Shown: piece after piece, positions 29,219 to 32,000 of the stretch
Layout: each line of letters starts with the position of its first letter
How positions within the stretch are numbered: the first letter of the stretch is position 1
From: Dickeya dadantii NCPPB 898
GTDB lineage: Bacteria; Pseudomonadota; Gammaproteobacteria; Enterobacterales; Enterobacteriaceae
Assembly (NCBI RefSeq): GCF_000406145.1
Contig: NZ_CM001976.1
Span: 3,509,263 to 3,541,262, forward strand
DNA: 32,000 nucleotides
Direction of reading: 5' to 3'
The notes under the pieces: generated by a model
What the model was told of the DNA's origin: nothing
The model's input: only the letters and a program-made list of their open reading frames with translations
Databases searched by the model: none
Translations under genes and position numbers: made by a program

Positions 29219-31405
29219 ATGAATACACACCATGAGCAGCCACCGAGCGGCGAGGAATATCATCATTCCCCGCAACATCAGGATCCCCGCATCCGCCATG
29301 ATGACCCCTTGCTTGACAGCCTGTTGGTGCTGTGTCGGCTGCAGGGAAAACCGACCAGCCGCGCCACGCTGACTGCGGGGTTGCCGCTTGAAGACCTGCG
29401 CTTGCCCGCCAGTCTGTTGCCGCGCGCCGCGGCACGCGCCGGTTTGCGGGCCCGGATACTCAAACGCTCGCTGAACGCCATCCCGGCGATGTCAATGCCC
29501 GCCATGCTGTTGCTGCGTGAAGGTCGCGCCGCTATCCTGCTGGGCTGGACGGCGGACGGCAGCGCCCGTCTGATGACCGGTGAAACCGAAGGTGGAGAAA
29601 TCACGGTCGACCATAATACCTTGCAACAAAACTATCTGGGGCTGGTGATGTTCGCCCAGTCGGCCCATCGCTTCGAAGCCTCGCCGACGGCCTTGCTGCC
29701 GCACGGCAAAACCTGGCTCCGGGACACGCTGAGACTGTCGCGCAGTCTACATCTGGATGCCGTGGCCGCCAGCCTGCTGATTAATATCATCGCGCTGTTT
29801 GTCCCGCTGTTCGTCATGCAGGTCTACGATCGGGTAATCCCCAATCAAACCACTACCACCTTGTGGGTGCTGGCCTCCGGCGTTGGCATTGCTCTGATCT
29901 TTGAGCTTGTACTGCGGATACTACGCAGTATTTGCGTCGATATCGCCGGGAAAAAGACCGACCTTATCCTTTCAGCCACCTTGTTTGAACGCCTGACCGG
30001 CATGATGCTGTCGGCCTTTCCGGCTCGGACCGGCGCGGTGGCGCATCGAGTGCGGGAATTTCAGGCATTGCGCGACACGTTATCGTCGCTGACGCTGGGT
30101 ACGCTGATCGACTTTCCGTTCGCGCTGCTGATGCTGATTCTGCTCGGCATGCTGGGTGGTCCGCTGGTCTGGATACCGTTGCTGACGCTGCCTCTGGTAC
30201 TGCTGATCAACGGGCTGCTGCAAAAGCCGATCACGACAGCGCTGACCCTTTCCCGACGTCTGACTGACGAACGGCAGGCGCTGCTGACCGAGACGCTGGG
30301 CGGGCTGGATATCATCAAAATTAATAATGCGGAAGGCGAGCGTCAGCACCAGTGGGAACAAATCAGCGGCGACATCAGCCGGCTGGACTCGCGGGTGAAA
30401 ACACTATCGTCCATCGCCACCCATCTGACGCAATCATGTCAGCATCTCGCCGGCATTGCAGTGATTGTCTCTGGAGTATATCTGCTGCCGGACGGCCAGC
30501 TAACCCTGGGCACGCTGTTCGCCTGCTACCTGCTCAACAGTCGGGCGCTGATGACGCTGGGGCCGCTGTCCGAGCTGTTTACCCGTTATCAGCAGGCGCG
30601 ACTGACGCTGGAAGAAACCCGTCATCTGATGGAGTTACCGCAGGAACGGGGCGAACAGCCCTACCCTCTGAAACGGGAAAGCATTCAGGGTAGCATCGAG
30701 TTTCGCGATGTCACCTTCCGCTACCCGGAGCAGAAAAATCGCGCCCTGATTGATATTAACCTGTCGATCCGCCCCGGCGAAAAAGTCGGCATTATCGGCC
30801 GTACCGGTTCCGGTAAAAGTTCTCTGGAAAAGCTGATCGTCAACCTGTATCAGCCGACCAACGGCAACCTACTGATCGACGGCATAGACGCCCGTCAGCT
30901 CGATATCGCCGATGTGCGTCACCACATCGGCTATGTGCCGCAGGATATTCAGCTATTCAGCGGCACGCTGCGGGACAACCTGATTTGCGGCGCCCGCTAT
31001 GTAGAAGACGACGCGATGCTGCGCGTGGCGGATATTGCCGGCGTGAACGATTTCGCCCGGTTGCACCCGGACGGTTATAACCTGCAGGTTGGTGAACGTG
31101 GCATGCAACTGTCTGGCGGTCAGCGGCAAGCGGTCGCCATCGCGCGCGCGCTGCTGCTTGATCCGCCGATTCTGGTGATGGATGAACCCACCAGCGCCAT
31201 GGACAACAGCAGCGAAGACCGGTTTAAGCAGGCTCTGCAAACCTACATCGCCAACAGAACGCTGCTGCTGGTGACGCACCGGGTTTCCATGCTGACGCTG
31301 GTCGATCGACTAGTGATCGTGGACAAAGGGCGCATTATCGCCGATGGTCCCAAAGCCATCGTGCTGGATGCATTAAAGAAGGGGCAGATCAATGCGTCTC
31401 GCTAA
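29219..31405 (+). CDS. Type I secretion system ABC permease/ATPase with an N-terminal degenerate C39-like domain (LssB/HlyB-like)
   Basis: 728 aa with an N-terminal ~150-aa C39-like fold lacking the catalytic Cys and His, and a six-TM exporter domain. Motifs are Walker A GRTGSGKSS, signature LSGGQRQ, Walker B ILVMDEPTS and H-loop VTHR. Confidence 0.88.
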   Translation: MNTHHEQPPSGEEYHHSPQHQDPRIRHDDPLLDSLLVLCRLQGKPTSRATLTAGLPLEDLRLPASLLPRAAARAGLRARILKRSLNAIPAMSMPAMLLLREGRAAILLGWTADGSARLMTGETEGGEITVDHNTLQQNYLGLVMFAQSAHRFEASPTALLPHGKTWLRDTLRLSRSLHLDAVAASLLINIIALFVPLFVMQVYDRVIPNQTTTTLWVLASGVGIALIFELVLRILRSICVDIAGKKTDLILSATLFERLTGMMLSAFPARTGAVAHRVREFQALRDTLSSLTLGTLIDFPFALLMLILLGMLGGPLVWIPLLTLPLVLLINGLLQKPITTALTLSRRLTDERQALLTETLGGLDIIKINNAEGERQHQWEQISGDISRLDSRVKTLSSIATHLTQSCQHLAGIAVIVSGVYLLPDGQLTLGTLFACYLLNSRALMTLGPLSELFTRYQQARLTLEETRHLMELPQERGEQPYPLKRESIQGSIEFRDVTFRYPEQKNRALIDINLSIRPGEKVGIIGRTGSGKSSLEKLIVNLYQPTNGNLLIDGIDARQLDIADVRHHIGYVPQDIQLFSGTLRDNLICGARYVEDDAMLRVADIAGVNDFARLHPDGYNLQVGERGMQLSGGQRQAVAIARALLLDPPILVMDEPTSAMDNSSEDRFKQALQTYIANRTLLLVTHRVSMLTLVDRLVIVDKGRIIADGPKAIVLDALKKGQINASR

Positions 31406-32000
31406 ATTCGTACAACATCTCAACGCGTATTTCTCCAGCCACCACCAGTCGGATCCTCAGGCGTTGCCGGACGTTGGACGGGCGCTGGTGGAAGATACGC
31501 CCCGCCTCATTCGGCTGTCGATCTGGATCATGCTGGCTTTCGCAGTCTTTCTGGTCGGCTGGGCGGCGGTTGCCGAAATTGATGAAGTCGTGCACGTGAC
31601 AGGGAAAACGATCAGTCAATCGCAGCGCTATCGGGTACAGGCGCAGGAAACGGGCGAACTCAGCGACATGTATATCCGCGAGGGGCAAATCGTCAACATC
31701 GGCGAACCGCTGATGCGGCTGGAGCATATCCAGCCTTCCAATACGAGCGCCGACGCCAGTGAAAACAAGGCGGATAAGCTGTCGCTGGTGGTGTCTCCCG
31801 TGCGGGGCATCATCAGATACATTCTGGTCGATGCCGCTACTGGTAAAATCTCTCCCGGCCGTACGCTGGTGGAAATCACGCCGCTGGATGACAAGCTGCT
31901 GATAGAAGCGCGGGTCAGGCTGCAAGATATGGCGTATTTGCGCCCCGGACAGGAAGCAATGATGACGTTCACCGCATATGACGACGCTACACTTGGCGGG
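31392..32000 (+). CDS. HlyD-family periplasmic adaptor (partial, runs off the window)
   Basis: The ATG at 31392 overlaps the ABC gene by 14 nt. It is open to the window end (203 codons): MRLAKFVQHLNAYF..., a TM segment LIRLSIWIMLAFAVFLVGWAAVA, and lipoyl/beta-barrel motifs EIDEVVHVTGK...GEPLMRLE and VVSPVRGII...LVEITPLDDKLLIEARV. It is absent from the ORF track because there is no stop codon. Confidence 0.8.
   Translation, partial: MRLAKFVQHLNAYFSSHHQSDPQALPDVGRALVEDTPRLIRLSIWIMLAFAVFLVGWAAVAEIDEVVHVTGKTISQSQRYRVQAQETGELSDMYIREGQIVNIGEPLMRLEHIQPSNTSADASENKADKLSLVVSPVRGIIRYILVDAATGKISPGRTLVEITPLDDKLLIEARVRLQDMAYLRPGQEAMMTFTAYDDATLGG

Noticed and set aside
29219-29670. Reading the ABC protein as a bacteriocin-processing (PCAT) exporter with active C39 protease.
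   Set aside because: The position aligned to the catalytic Cys is Pro and the catalytic His region is absent. No GG-leader peptide gene is evident.

Overview
This is a chromosomal segment of a Dickeya-type soft-rot enterobacterium. That assignment is inferred from gene content, since no database search was possible. The backbone follows the E. coli K-12 order glyA / hmp / glnB-glrR-qseG-glrK-glmY-purL / mltF / tadA-pgpC. An ~8 kb pectinolysis cluster (pelA-pelE-pelD-paeY-pemA, + strand) sits between hmp and glnB, with visibly AT-rich intergenic regions that carry KdgR- and CRP-like boxes. The left end holds metal-homeostasis genes: a Fur-box-preceded periplasmic binding protein, and a DUF1007 + NicO-like permease operon. 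That operon has a Zur-like palindrome over its start codon and a 16-bp tandem-repeat array upstream. hcaT follows. The right end holds murQ, a small conserved hypothetical gene, a ~720 bp gap with no convincing gene, and the start of a type I secretion pair. The pair is an ABC exporter with a degenerate C39-like domain and an adaptor that appears to lack the usual coiled-coil hairpin; it runs off the window. The ORF track misses the sRNA gene glmY, which is supported by a sigma54 promoter, three TGTC-N10-GACA sites and a terminator. I see no CRISPR array, IS element, integrase, tRNA or rRNA. Most ORF-track entries antisense to the long GC-rich genes are shadow ORFs. I see no clear novel multi-gene system. 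The candidates most worth follow-up are the orphan T1SS with its unusual adaptor and upstream gap, and the Zur-box/tandem-repeat control region of the DUF1007-NicO operon.
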